From contig JAYZBQ010000058.1 of assembly GCA_036338695.1 (NCBI GenBank), forward strand, positions 17,109-81,108: a stretch of 64,000 nt of DNA, written 5' to 3'. The stretch is from Myxococcota bacterium. Lineage in GTDB: Bacteria > Myxococcota > UBA4151. A program made the position numbers and the translations under genes. Every line of letters starts with the position of its first letter. The stretch's first letter is position 1. Below are positions 25,470 through 35,030 of this stretch, piece by piece. The notes beneath the pieces are model-generated. The model searched no databases, was not told the DNA's origin, and saw only the letters and a program-made list of their open reading frames with translations.

Positions 25470-27644
25470 GTGCTCGAACTTGAACGCCGACTCGGTCTGA
25501 CCAGTATCATCGCCATTAGCCTGGGCGCGACGCTCGGCGCCTTCTTTGTCATCCCAGGCCTTGCCGCCGAGCTCACCGGTCCGAGCATGTGGGTTGCGTT
25601 TGGGATCGCCGGGATCTGCGTCTTGCCAGCGGCGCTGTCCAAGGCCGAGCTGGCGACGGCGATGCCGACGTCCGGTGGTGCCTATGTCTACCTCGAGCGC
25701 GCCTTTGGACCGATGGTGGGGACGATCTGCGGTCTCGGCCTCTGGGCGTCGTTGCTGCTCAAGAGCTCCTTTGCGCTGGTCGGTATCACGCTGTACCTCG
25801 AGATGCTCGTCCAGCTCGACGCCACCACCGCAGCGGTGGGCTTCCTCGCCTTGGTGACGGTGGTCAACATGGTCGGCGTACGCAAGGTCGGGCAGGCGCA
25901 GATCGTGATGGTCGGGGTGAGCGTGGTCGGTTTGATCGTGCTCATGATCATGGGCACCAAGACCTATGAGCCCCAGCTGATGCAGCCCTTCATGCCCAAC
26001 GGCTGGGATGGGCTCGTGACCTGCGTCGCCGTGGTCTTTATCTCTTACGCCGGGGTCACCAAAATCGCGGCGGTCGCCGAGGAGGTGAAGAACCCAGAGC
26101 GCAACCTGCCGCTCGCCATGCTGATCACGCTCGCTATCGCCGCCCTGATCTATGTCTGCATGTCGATCACCATGGCGGGCAGCGTCTCAGCGAACGCAGG
26201 GATGAGCGAGGGTGGCTTGCAAGGGGACTACCGCTCAGTCTACACCGCAGCCCTCGCGATCGGCGGCAAGACCGTGGCGCTCGCCGTGGCGGCGCTCGGG
26301 GCGCTGACCATGGTCGCCATGGCGAACGCTGGCTTGCTGGCGTCCTCACGCTTTCCCTTCAGCATGGCGCGCGACCAGCTCCTGCCGAAGGCGCTCGGCG
26401 AGGTGCGCTCGCAGTTCCTGACGCCCATCCCGGCGATCTTACTGACCTCAGGCGCTATGCTGCTGGTGATCTTGACGCTCGACGTCGCCAAAATCGCCAA
26501 GCTCGCGAGCGCCTTTAAGATCCTCGTCTTCATGGCGATTAACATCAGCGTGATCGTGCTGCGCGAGAGCCACGTGCGCTGGTATCAGCCCAAGTTCCGC
26601 TCGCCACTCTACCCGTGGATTCAGATCGTCGGGATCGTCGTCTGCCTGGTCCTGTTGTTTTTTATTGGGATCGCTGGGTGGCTGGCGACCGCAGGCGTGA
26701 TCGTCATTGGCGGTGCGCTCTACGCCATCTATGGCAAGCAACGCGTCGGTGAGCGCTCGGGTGTGGCGCAGCGCTTAGGAGCTCGTGAGGTCAGCGGCTT
26801 GAGCCGGCCGACAGCGGCTTCTGGGGAACACCTCGCCGAGATGAAGATCGGCTCGATGGTGACCTTGCTCGACCGAAACCCGCCGGAACCCCTCGTCGAG
26901 TTAGGGGTAGCGCTCGGGCGGGGGCAGACGCTGGCGGCGCTGCGTGTGCGTGAGGTCCCCGAACAGCTCGCCATGAAGGACCTCGCCAATGACCACCCGT
27001 ATGAGCTGGCGCTCAAGCGCAGGACGCTGGCGATGGGGTCCAACCTCGGCGTCGAGGTGGAGTACGTCAACGCGGCCTGCCGTGATCTGCGTGAGGAGGT
27101 CCTCGGCCTGAGCCGGATCATCAAGCCAGAGTGGGTGCTCTTTGAGTGGCAAGACCAAGGCGAGCACGCCGTGTGGCTGCGCGACCCGTTGGCGTGGATC
27201 TTCTCCCACCTCGAGACCAACGTCGCCGTCTTCAAGGACGTCGGGATCCGCTACTTCCGTGAGGTCTTGGTGGTGGTCGATCAAGGGACACACGACGAGA
27301 CGCTGGTGAAGATGGCGGACCAGATCGCCGTGCGCCCGGGGCGGCCGTCGCGCTTTAATGGTGTCGTGACGATCGCCTCGTATCTCGAGCCCGAGGCGGA
27401 CGAGGCGGCGGTTCAAGCGCACCTCAAAGAGCTGAGCTCACTCTGCGAGGCGGAGACCCGCGTCCTCGTCGCCCGAGGTCCTGACCGGGTCAACCAGTGG
27501 ATCGCGCAGAGCGCATCCTTTGACCTCATGCTGATCGAGGAGCCTCCCTATGATCACTTCTACAGCGGGATGATGCGGCGAACCGCCGAGCGTATCACCG
27601 GCAAGGCGAGCTGTTCGGTGCTGAGGCTCCGTATCCCGGAGTAG
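25470..27644 (+). CDS. APC-family amino-acid permease with degenerate universal-stress-protein-like C-terminal domains
   Basis: AELATAMPTSGGAYVY, AEEVKNPERNLP, SSRFPFSMARD, FRSPLYPW; soluble C-terminus ending ASCSVLRL. Confidence 0.9.
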   Translation: MLELERRLGLTSIIAISLGATLGAFFVIPGLAAELTGPSMWVAFGIAGICVLPAALSKAELATAMPTSGGAYVYLERAFGPMVGTICGLGLWASLLLKSSFALVGITLYLEMLVQLDATTAAVGFLALVTVVNMVGVRKVGQAQIVMVGVSVVGLIVLMIMGTKTYEPQLMQPFMPNGWDGLVTCVAVVFISYAGVTKIAAVAEEVKNPERNLPLAMLITLAIAALIYVCMSITMAGSVSANAGMSEGGLQGDYRSVYTAALAIGGKTVALAVAALGALTMVAMANAGLLASSRFPFSMARDQLLPKALGEVRSQFLTPIPAILLTSGAMLLVILTLDVAKIAKLASAFKILVFMAINISVIVLRESHVRWYQPKFRSPLYPWIQIVGIVVCLVLLFFIGIAGWLATAGVIVIGGALYAIYGKQRVGERSGVAQRLGAREVSGLSRPTAASGEHLAEMKIGSMVTLLDRNPPEPLVELGVALGRGQTLAALRVREVPEQLAMKDLANDHPYELALKRRTLAMGSNLGVEVEYVNAACRDLREEVLGLSRIIKPEWVLFEWQDQGEHAVWLRDPLAWIFSHLETNVAVFKDVGIRYFREVLVVVDQGTHDETLVKMADQIAVRPGRPSRFNGVVTIASYLEPEADEAAVQAHLKELSSLCEAETRVLVARGPDRVNQWIAQSASFDLMLIEEPPYDHFYSGMMRRTAERITGKASCSVLRLRIPE

Positions 27645-27648
27645 GGCG

Positions 27649-28422
27649 CTAGCCCTCGAGCACAAAGTCGTATTGGTAATGGAGGCGAGCGTCGACAGGC
27701 TCGCCGTCGACCATTGCAGGCTCAAAACGCGCCGTTTTGAGCGCCCTAACCGCTGCGGCTCCGAGACCAGCGCCCGGGTCTTTAAGGATGCGCGCTTTGA
27801 CGACCTTACCCTTGTAGTTGATGTCGAGCAGGAGCACGACGCGCCCCTCCATCTCCTCGTCTCGGGCTCGCTCCGGGTAGGGGAGCCGCTCAAGGCGCGC
27901 CCGCTCGGCTGCTGAGAGCTTGGGGTACTGCGTGAGCTTATGACCGGCAACAGGCGCATACGGGCGCACGTCCTGCGGCTTGGTGAACTCCTTCTCGGGC
28001 GCCTTCATCAGCGTGTTACCGACGCGCATGGTGATGCCCGGGCCGGTCTTTGATGTCGCCTTCATGTTGACGCCAAACACTGGCTTGGGCGGCTCGGCGG
28101 GCGGCTTCTCGACTGGCTTGTTCGGCTTGGGGACGCGTTTCTTGGTCAGGTCGACCTTCTTGCGCTTCTTCTTCTTCTTGGGCTTGGGTTTTGGCTTGGG
28201 CTTCGGCTTTGGCTTGGGTTTTGGCTTGGGCTTTGGCTTTTGGATGACCACGTCAACGAGCGATTTAAGGCCGATCTCTTCGGCGACTGCGCGCAGTTGA
28301 TTCCCCGCGTAACCGAGCACGCCATGCAGCAGCACCGCAGCGACCGCAGCCACGACGAGAAACCAGCGCCGCCGGCGCCGCTCTGCATAGATTCGCTCTT
28401 CGAGGCTGCGGTCCGCCATCAC
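27649..28422 (-). CDS. tonB: Energy transducer TonB
   Basis: N-terminal TM with His, long KP repeat, YPERAR...EGRVVL, FEPAMVDGEPV. Confidence 0.9.
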   Translation of the reverse strand: MMADRSLEERIYAERRRRRWFLVVAAVAAVLLHGVLGYAGNQLRAVAEEIGLKSLVDVVIQKPKPKPKPKPKPKPKPKPKPKKKKKRKKVDLTKKRVPKPNKPVEKPPAEPPKPVFGVNMKATSKTGPGITMRVGNTLMKAPEKEFTKPQDVRPYAPVAGHKLTQYPKLSAAERARLERLPYPERARDEEMEGRVVLLLDINYKGKVVKARILKDPGAGLGAAAVRALKTARFEPAMVDGEPVDARLHYQYDFVLEG

Positions 28423-28856
28423 TCACCCTTCGGGTTGATCTCCGGATCGGATTCAATGTTCAGCGCGTAGCGCTCGACCCCGTCCACACGAATCGCATCG
28501 ATCAGCCGCATCACGCGTCCGTACGAGAGCGTGCTCGAGGCTGAGATCACAGCCTGCACCTTCTCATCCTCAGCCTTCCTCCGGCGCACCTCCGCCCGGA
28601 AAGCCTCCCAAGACATCTTCTCGCCGTTGACGTAGACCTGCTCTTTCTCGTCATACACCACGGCGAAGGTCGAGGGCTCCTCGACGCTGCGTCCGCTGCT
28701 CGCCTTTGGTAGGTCCACCTCGATCGCTTTGGGCGCAGCGACCACCAAGGCTGCGGCGATCATGAAGATCACCATCAGGCAGAGCATAATGTCGACGAGG
28801 GGCGTGACGTTGATGTCCTCGATCGAATTATCGCCGCCTCCGCCGCCGCCAGCCAT
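28419..28856 (-). CDS. exbD: Biopolymer transport protein ExbD/TolR
   Basis: INVTPLVDIMLCLMVIFM, VDLPKA, YGRVMRLID. Confidence 0.92.
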   Translation of the reverse strand: MAGGGGGGDNSIEDINVTPLVDIMLCLMVIFMIAAALVVAAPKAIEVDLPKASSGRSVEEPSTFAVVYDEKEQVYVNGEKMSWEAFRAEVRRRKAEDEKVQAVISASSTLSYGRVMRLIDAIRVDGVERYALNIESDPEINPKGE

Positions 28857-29498
28857 CTAGGCCTCCTTCTCAGGGTGGGGCAGGTTCGCAAAGGAGATCA
28901 GCTCATGTCCGATCGCCTGCGAAGCCGACTCCATCATCTGCAGGCGGCGCCTAAAGTAGTTGTTGGCTGCCACAGCGGGAAGCGCCACCAGCAAGCCAAC
29001 CGCCGTGGCGGCGAGCGCCGTCGAGAGATCCGCCATCATCTGGGGGATCTTCTCTGCCGACATATTACCTGAGTTGCTTAGCGTGTGGATGATCTCAACC
29101 ACTGTCCCGAGCAGGCCAACAAACGGTGCGTTAGCGCCCAAGGTGCCCAGGACAGCGAGGAACCGCTCGCCCTTTTGCCGCTCAAGGAGCGTCACCGCCG
29201 CCATCGACTCCTGTACCGCCTGACGCCCGTGATGCAGCCGATCAAGGCCAGCACGCGCCACGCGCCCCACCATGGTTGGGTCGTCCTCAAGCTCCTGGCG
29301 AGCCTCCTCGAATTCCTCATTGCGGAGGTGCTCGCTCAGGCGTGCGTACTGAATCTCAATGTCGCCGGCGGCGCGCCGAAAGTGGAGCACGCGCTCGATG
29401 ATCAGGAGGACAGAGATCACCGACAAAGCCACCATGAACCACATGATGACGTGGCCGGCGCCGGCGTTACTCACCCGGACAGTTAATTCAGTAATCAC
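28857..29498 (-). CDS. exbB: MotA/TolQ/ExbB proton channel
   Basis: LGTLGANAPFVGLLGTV, ALAATAVGLLVALPA. Confidence 0.92.
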   Translation of the reverse strand: MITELTVRVSNAGAGHVIMWFMVALSVISVLLIIERVLHFRRAAGDIEIQYARLSEHLRNEEFEEARQELEDDPTMVGRVARAGLDRLHHGRQAVQESMAAVTLLERQKGERFLAVLGTLGANAPFVGLLGTVVEIIHTLSNSGNMSAEKIPQMMADLSTALAATAVGLLVALPAVAANNYFRRRLQMMESASQAIGHELISFANLPHPEKEA

Positions 29499-29511
29499 TT
29501 GCGGATCCTCC

Positions 29512-29528
29512 GCTAACTTGATGTTAGC
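29512..29528. promoter_or_regulatory. Palindrome next to the exbB ribosome-binding site (possible operator)
   Basis: GCTAAC-TTGAT-GTTAGC perfect 6-5-6 inverted repeat in an AT-rich divergent intergenic region. Confidence 0.35.
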
Positions 29529-29644
29529 TTTTTACACATTTGGGTACCTGCGCAAGCTAAACTTACGACAAACCGCTCAAACCGTTCAGGAAATCGTCCG
29601 CTGGATGATTTCGCCGGCTTGGCGTGTGAAACGGAGCTTTACCG

Positions 29645-30007
29645 ATGTTTTCACTTCTCTTTTACAAGGTCATGCACTTGGTCGGGCTGTTCGTCGCCTT
29701 TATGGGGCTTGCCGGTCTGGTATGGGCTGCGGCGACGGGCGCAGACAAGGCGTCGAAACGCCCCGCCTTGATCTTTCATGGCGTGGGACTTTTCTTCGCA
29801 CTTGTCGGGGGGTTTGGTCTCGCCGCTCGCCTTGGGCTGGTCACCGGTTTACCGGGTTGGGTCCACGCGAAGGTGACGATCTGGCTGCTGCTCGGATTGA
29901 TGCCAATCGTCGTCAAGCGCCGGCCCGACCTTGGAAAATGGGTCTGGTATTCGGCGCCGACCCTCGGGCTCCTCGCCGCCTACATCGGCGCGTACAAACC
30001 GTTCTGA
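29645..30007 (+). CDS. Small four-helix membrane protein (SirB2-like)
   Basis: YKVMHL, FHGVGL, GWVHAK; four TM segments. Confidence 0.7.
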   Translation: MFSLLFYKVMHLVGLFVAFMGLAGLVWAAATGADKASKRPALIFHGVGLFFALVGGFGLAARLGLVTGLPGWVHAKVTIWLLLGLMPIVVKRRPDLGKWVWYSAPTLGLLAAYIGAYKPF

Positions 30008-30064
30008 ATCGGGACGTTCCGAGTGAGCTCAAGCGCTCATTAAGCGTTCAAAGCGACCCTGCGC

Positions 30065-31285
30065 TCACAAAAAGGGTGGGGCGTCCATCTGGACCACCGA
30101 GCCATCGCAGCGTTCGATCGTCATCTGGTCGTTTCGAGCGAGGGGCAGGTGCTTTCGCCTAAGCAACAAGATCGGGTCGACCTCATCACATAGGGCGCGC
30201 TGCAAGCGCCGCATGAAGCCCGCATCCGGCGGGTACGTCACACCGAGCTCTTTCATGATCTGGGGCGGGTAGGCGATCGCTTGCAAGCGATCCACCGCAC
30301 CGAGCTCCGGCGCAGCGTACTCAAAGGCCGCTCGGATCAGGCGTGGCGGAAAGGGCAGGATCGCTCGATCGATCTCGGGGCTTGAGGCGCTGTGCTGCGC
30401 CGCCAGGATCCCGACGTCGTAATTGCCTGCGTACAGCGCCCAGCTGATGTTCGCCGGCGCCAGCCGAACGACATGCAGAGCCGGCAAGAGCAGCGTCAGC
30501 GCAGCGAGCGCAAGGGTTGGGCGGGCACGCGCCGCAAGGAGCTGGCGCAGCGAGGTCGCAACGCCTCCCTTGTGAAGCAGCAAGACCAGCAAGACCGCCT
30601 GGCTAATGTTCCATGTCCAGACGTTCGGGTCGTAGTTCTGGCCGCCGGGCCCCAGTAGGGCGACCACGCCGAGGTGCAGCGCCACGCCGAGCCGTAACGC
30701 CCAGCGATCCCAGCCGCCTGCCTTCGCCAACATCACACCGAGCGCGAGCTCAGCCCCGATAATGAGCAGGCCGAACGGGACAGCGAGCGCAGCGCTCGGC
30801 TCATTCACCCCAAAGGGCTCAAGAAAGAAGGGCACCGTCCGGTCAAAGAAGTCGGCGTTAAGTTTGTGCAAGCCCGCCCAGAGGTACATGCCGACCAGGA
30901 TCAAGCGGAGGTGCTGAGCCGCAAAGACATCGCCCTTGCGCCCATCCCGCCGCCGCGCCTCGAACAGCAACGGACCGCAGAGCATCAACAGCCAAGCCCA
31001 GGGCTGGAGACGCAGCTCGTCCAGCGCACACAGCAACAGAACCAGCAGCGACGCTACCCAGGTCGCCTGCCGGTGCCGCGGTCGAATCACGAGCGCAACG
31101 GCTGCGCCGGCGAGCAGCCCCGACAGGACCAAGTGCAACCAGCCGGGCGCCCCCACCCACAGCGGCACAAAGACGGGGCGATCAGGTGGCAAGACGAACC
31201 ACAGGCGCGGGGTGGTGAGCATCTGCGCCAAGATTGTGATACCGAACCAAGCCTGGAGCCGCTGGGTGTAGAGGCTGGGTGTCAT
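30065..31285 (-). CDS. Polytopic membrane protein (HTTM-like)
   Basis: DELRLQPW, YLWAGLHKLN and LHL...WTWN motifs; many TM helices. Confidence 0.65.
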   Translation of the reverse strand: MTPSLYTQRLQAWFGITILAQMLTTPRLWFVLPPDRPVFVPLWVGAPGWLHLVLSGLLAGAAVALVIRPRHRQATWVASLLVLLLCALDELRLQPWAWLLMLCGPLLFEARRRDGRKGDVFAAQHLRLILVGMYLWAGLHKLNADFFDRTVPFFLEPFGVNEPSAALAVPFGLLIIGAELALGVMLAKAGGWDRWALRLGVALHLGVVALLGPGGQNYDPNVWTWNISQAVLLVLLLHKGGVATSLRQLLAARARPTLALAALTLLLPALHVVRLAPANISWALYAGNYDVGILAAQHSASSPEIDRAILPFPPRLIRAAFEYAAPELGAVDRLQAIAYPPQIMKELGVTYPPDAGFMRRLQRALCDEVDPILLLRRKHLPLARNDQMTIERCDGSVVQMDAPPFL

Positions 31286-31797
31286 GACGGCTTTCTTTTC
31301 AGCGAGATCGTGAGCTCAAACCGGGCAGCCGGGCCTTGAGCTTCTTTGCCCTCAACCAAGCAATGCAAGGGTGCTGTGACGTTCACGCGCTCGCCGGTGT
31401 CGGCAGCCTCACGAACGGCTTGAGCGATCATCTCGCCTGCGTCACAGACGAAGCGTGCGTGCCCGTCGACGCGGCTCAGGAAATCGGCGCGGAAGTCCTT
31501 GAAGATCAGGACAACGTCCGGGTCGATCTGTCGGATGTGACGCAGCGCCAAGAAACCTGCGGCGGTGTCGGCTCCTGCCGCCAGGACACCAAAATACATA
31601 CTGTGCAGATGATTCTTCGAGCGGCGTCCCAGCGGGATACGCACATCGATCGATTCGTCGCTGAGCGCGACGATCCGCGGCCGAACGTAGCCCAACGAGG
31701 GGATCAAGGTCCCCCCGAGGAGCTTGAGTAAGAGGTTATCCCCTTTGGGCGAGCCGAGGCGATCGGCGATCTGAAAAGCGGTCTTCATCATAGCCAA
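31282..31797 (-). CDS. Hotdog-fold thioesterase (PaaI/DUF4442-like)
   Basis: SKNHLHSMYFGVLAAGAD, FKDFRADFLSR. Confidence 0.85.
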   Translation of the reverse strand: MAMMKTAFQIADRLGSPKGDNLLLKLLGGTLIPSLGYVRPRIVALSDESIDVRIPLGRRSKNHLHSMYFGVLAAGADTAAGFLALRHIRQIDPDVVLIFKDFRADFLSRVDGHARFVCDAGEMIAQAVREAADTGERVNVTAPLHCLVEGKEAQGPAARFELTISLKRKPS

Positions 31798-31841
31798 GCG
31801 CTTCGCCTGCTCACCAGCAAAAGAAAAGCGATTGAGTCAGG

Positions 31842-32480
31842 TTAGCCGCAGTCGCTGCCAAATCGGCAGAGGCGATCGATGGGCTCGAAGGGGCCAGCGT
31901 CCACTCCTGGATCGACCGGCAGACAACAGCCGAGACCATCGCAAGGGTCCGGGTGGGGGTGCCAACCGATGTCGATCCCGGCGTGATGTCCGTCATTAAC
32001 CTGCTCCACGGCGCAGGCTTTGGTGCAGTAGCCACCTTGACCGTCAAGCCGCGCAACACAGTAAAAATTGGGGTCCTCAGCGCTGCACGAGTCCACCTCA
32101 CCGGCGTTAAAGTCGGGTACGACACAGGGCGCTCCGAGCCCGGTCGCTGGCCCGCCACCCGCATCCTGCGGTGGCGAACCCGTGTCCGGCCGAGCGCTCA
32201 CCTCTCGGCTCATAAAGCCGAGGTCGTCAGCTCCGCTGTCACGGGGGGGCGCGACGCCGGTGTCCCTTGCCGCATCCGGTAGGCTCTGGCCTGAATCGAT
32301 AACGACGGCGCCGGCGTCACGCTCGGTAGGACGCTGGCAGGCCCCTTGCTGGCAGACCCAGCCGGCGGCGCAGGTGCCCGGCCCGTCACACGGCGCGGTA
32401 CGCTCGCAACTGCTCAGCAGCACAGCGAGCACCCAAAGAGGTGTGATTCGCCTCAGTTGCAGTCCGGCGCGAAGCGACAC
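31842..32480 (-). CDS. Cys-rich lipoprotein (paralog of 32453-33109)
   Basis: Lipobox LSSC; CDGPGTC; D-A-G linker; C-terminal YCVARLDGQGGYCTKAC. Confidence 0.75.
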   Translation of the reverse strand: MSLRAGLQLRRITPLWVLAVLLSSCERTAPCDGPGTCAAGWVCQQGACQRPTERDAGAVVIDSGQSLPDAARDTGVAPPRDSGADDLGFMSREVSARPDTGSPPQDAGGGPATGLGAPCVVPDFNAGEVDSCSAEDPNFYCVARLDGQGGYCTKACAVEQVNDGHHAGIDIGWHPHPDPCDGLGCCLPVDPGVDAGPFEPIDRLCRFGSDCG

Positions 32481-33109
32481 ACGCCCTCGATCAGGTCACC
32501 GGGCAGCTGCCCAGCGTCTTCGTCGTTGGGCACGGCGACGCAGCAGCCGGCGCCGCAGTTGTTGTCAACGTTCCCGGCGTCACCCTCTTCTTCGTGATCG
32601 CTGACTTCGCACGCTTGCGTGCAATAACCACCCTGGCCGCTCAGGTTCGCAATGCAATAGTAGTTCGGGTTATCGATGCTGCATGGATCGGTCTCACCTT
32701 GCTCAAGATTAGGCACCTCGCAGGCGTCACCGAGAGTGAGTACGTTGACGACGGGGACGTCAAAGACCGGCTCGCCCGCATCCGCTGGGTCGACACCACC
32801 GCCGACGTCCTGGGGGACGGAGGGCGCAGCGTCGAGATCAAACCCCATGTCACGAAAGACGATGTTGGCATCGATCGGGGGGCGAGCGGGACCCGAATCC
32901 ACCACCGGACCTGCATCATAAACGCCCGTGCCGGTGTCCGGTCGAGCGCTGGCGTCTGGAGCAGGGGTCATGACCGCTTCACAGATCCCGCCGGAGCAAA
33001 TCGCACCGGCTGGGCAATCTCCTGGACCTTCGCAGGTTTGTTCTTCCGATTTGCAAGCCGAGACAATCAACGGCAAGGCGAGGACGATAGGCAGGAGGCT
33101 GTGTTTCAT
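32453..33109 (-). CDS. Cys-rich lipoprotein (paralog of 31842-32480)
   Basis: Lipobox VSAC; CEGPGDC; C-terminal YCIANLSGQGGYCTQAC. Confidence 0.8.
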   Translation of the reverse strand: MKHSLLPIVLALPLIVSACKSEEQTCEGPGDCPAGAICSGGICEAVMTPAPDASARPDTGTGVYDAGPVVDSGPARPPIDANIVFRDMGFDLDAAPSVPQDVGGGVDPADAGEPVFDVPVVNVLTLGDACEVPNLEQGETDPCSIDNPNYYCIANLSGQGGYCTQACEVSDHEEEGDAGNVDNNCGAGCCVAVPNDEDAGQLPGDLIEGVCRFAPDCN

Positions 33110-33187
33110 CGGACAGGTTCCCTTCACGTGGGTGCCGAGGGCGACTGAACCGACTCATCGACCTGCACCTTACGGAGGCACATACCG

Positions 33188-33862
33188 GTGAAACGGCACG
33201 AAAAAGCAAGCAGAATCCTCGACACGCTGGAGGAACTTTACCCGAATCCGGGGATTCCGCTAGACCACAAGGACCCTTACACGCTCCTGATCGCCGTCCT
33301 CTTGTCCGCTCAAAGCACGGACAAGAAGGTCAACGAGATCACGCCCGGCCTCTTCTCTCTTGCCGACACGCCGGCGGCGATGGCGGCGGTTGAGCTGAGC
33401 TCGATCCGCGAGGCGATACGCCAAATCGGCTTAGCGAACACGAAAGCCAAGGCGATTAAACGCCTCAGCGAGCTCGTCGTAGAGCGTCACCAAGGGACCG
33501 TGCCTTCGTCCTTTGAGGCGCTCGAGGCGCTCCCAGGCGTGGGCCACAAGACCGCATCGGTCGTGATGGCTCAGGCTTTCGGTCACCCCGCCTTCCCGGT
33601 CGACACCCACATCCACCGACTGGCGGCCCGTTGGGGCTTGAGCGCCGCCAAGAACGTCGAACAGACCGAGCGCGACCTCAAGCGCCTCTTTCCGAGGTCG
33701 AAGTGGAACGCCGTGCATCTGCAGATCATCTACTTTGGGCGGGAATACTGCCCGGCGCGCTACCACGACCTGACGACGTGTCCGATCTGTTCGTGGGCGT
33801 CCACCAAGAAGCGCCAAGCCGAGGAGGCGCGCAGCAACGCTAAGCTGCGTCGTCGAACCTAA
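33188..33862 (+). CDS. nth: Endonuclease III
   Basis: LLSAQSTD, HhH motif LPGVGHKTA, PVDTHIHRL, HLQIIYFGR. Confidence 0.95.
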   Translation: MKRHEKASRILDTLEELYPNPGIPLDHKDPYTLLIAVLLSAQSTDKKVNEITPGLFSLADTPAAMAAVELSSIREAIRQIGLANTKAKAIKRLSELVVERHQGTVPSSFEALEALPGVGHKTASVVMAQAFGHPAFPVDTHIHRLAARWGLSAAKNVEQTERDLKRLFPRSKWNAVHLQIIYFGREYCPARYHDLTTCPICSWASTKKRQAEEARSNAKLRRRT

Positions 33863-35030
33863 GTACCTGCCCTTTAGCGAAGTCGAGCAGATAGAGCGCA
33901 CCGTCGGCACCCTGGGCGAACGAGGCGATCAAACGCCCAAACTCGCCGATCAACCTCAGCTCGCTCACCGCTCCGGCTTGAGCGGGCAGGGCAGCTGACC
34001 AGACCCTTCCCGTGACAAAGTCACCGAACACATAGCGACCCTTGTGGGCGGCGAGAGCAGCGCCACGGTGGACATAGCCGCCCGTGATCGAGCGCCCAAG
34101 GTCGTGCCCGTACTGCACGAAAGCCGGCGCGTAGTCGCTTAGGTTGCAGTCGCCTGATTTTGAGAAGCAGTTGTTCCCCTCGGTTCGATCCCAGCCCAAG
34201 TTGTCGCCCGAGCTGACCAGTGAGACCTCCTCCCACTTGTCCTGACCGACGTCCGCCACGATGAGTCGTCCGTCCGGAGCGAACGAGAACTTCCAGGGGT
34301 TGCGCACGCCGTAGACGAAGACCTCAGGGCGCGCGCCGGCTTCACCGACGAAGGGGTTGTCGGTCGGTATGGCGTACGGTTTCTGCGGGCTCGAACCAGC
34401 GACGTCGATGCGCGCAATCGTGCCCAGCAACGTCCCCTTGTTCTGCCCGTGTTTACCCGGGTCATCGCGCCACCCACCATCGCCAAAACCAACATACAGG
34501 TAGCCATCCAAGCCAAAGCTCAACTGTCCAGCGTTGTGGTTGGGGTAGGGCTGAACGACGTCAAACAGTACGATCTCGCTGCGCTTATCGAGCTGACCCG
34601 ACGCATACTCAAAGCTGGCGATCCGAGTCAGCTGCTCCGCTCCACGCTGTATGTTGCGATTGATAAACACGCGCCGGTCGCGCGGGTAATCGGGGTGGAA
34701 GGCGAGCCCCAGCAAACCCATCTCGGAGTCGCTAATGACCTCGAACTGATGAACGAGCTTCACCGATCGTGTTTTTAGATCGAAGCGCTTAAGGGCGCCG
34801 CCCTTCTCGAGCAGCAAACCACGTTGCGGCGCGCCCGGCTCGAACTGCATGTCCGTTGGCTGCGCCAAACCGTCGAGCACCAAGCGAAGCTCAACGCCCG
34901 AGACCGCTGCCGCCGCAGCCTCATCGACAGCGGGCGCTTCGTACGAAGGGCTGAACCAGCTAACGAGGGTTCCTCGGCAGCCGCTGCAACCGACGATGCT
35001 CAACAACGCAAGGGCGGCTGTGAGCCTCAT
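33840..35030 (-). CDS. PQQ-dependent sugar dehydrogenase (GSDH/YliI-like) lipoprotein
   Basis: GLLGLAFHP, NHNAGQL, GDGG, YGVRNPW, DVGQDKWEE, SITGG. Confidence 0.9.
   Translation of the reverse strand: MRLTAALALLSIVGCSGCRGTLVSWFSPSYEAPAVDEAAAAAVSGVELRLVLDGLAQPTDMQFEPGAPQRGLLLEKGGALKRFDLKTRSVKLVHQFEVISDSEMGLLGLAFHPDYPRDRRVFINRNIQRGAEQLTRIASFEYASGQLDKRSEIVLFDVVQPYPNHNAGQLSFGLDGYLYVGFGDGGWRDDPGKHGQNKGTLLGTIARIDVAGSSPQKPYAIPTDNPFVGEAGARPEVFVYGVRNPWKFSFAPDGRLIVADVGQDKWEEVSLVSSGDNLGWDRTEGNNCFSKSGDCNLSDYAPAFVQYGHDLGRSITGGYVHRGAALAAHKGRYVFGDFVTGRVWSAALPAQAGAVSELRLIGEFGRLIASFAQGADGALYLLDFAKGQVLRFDDAA

Noticed and set aside
28160..28222. GGCTT(G/T/C) hexamer tandem repeat
   Set aside because: It encodes the usual Lys-Pro spacer of TonB.
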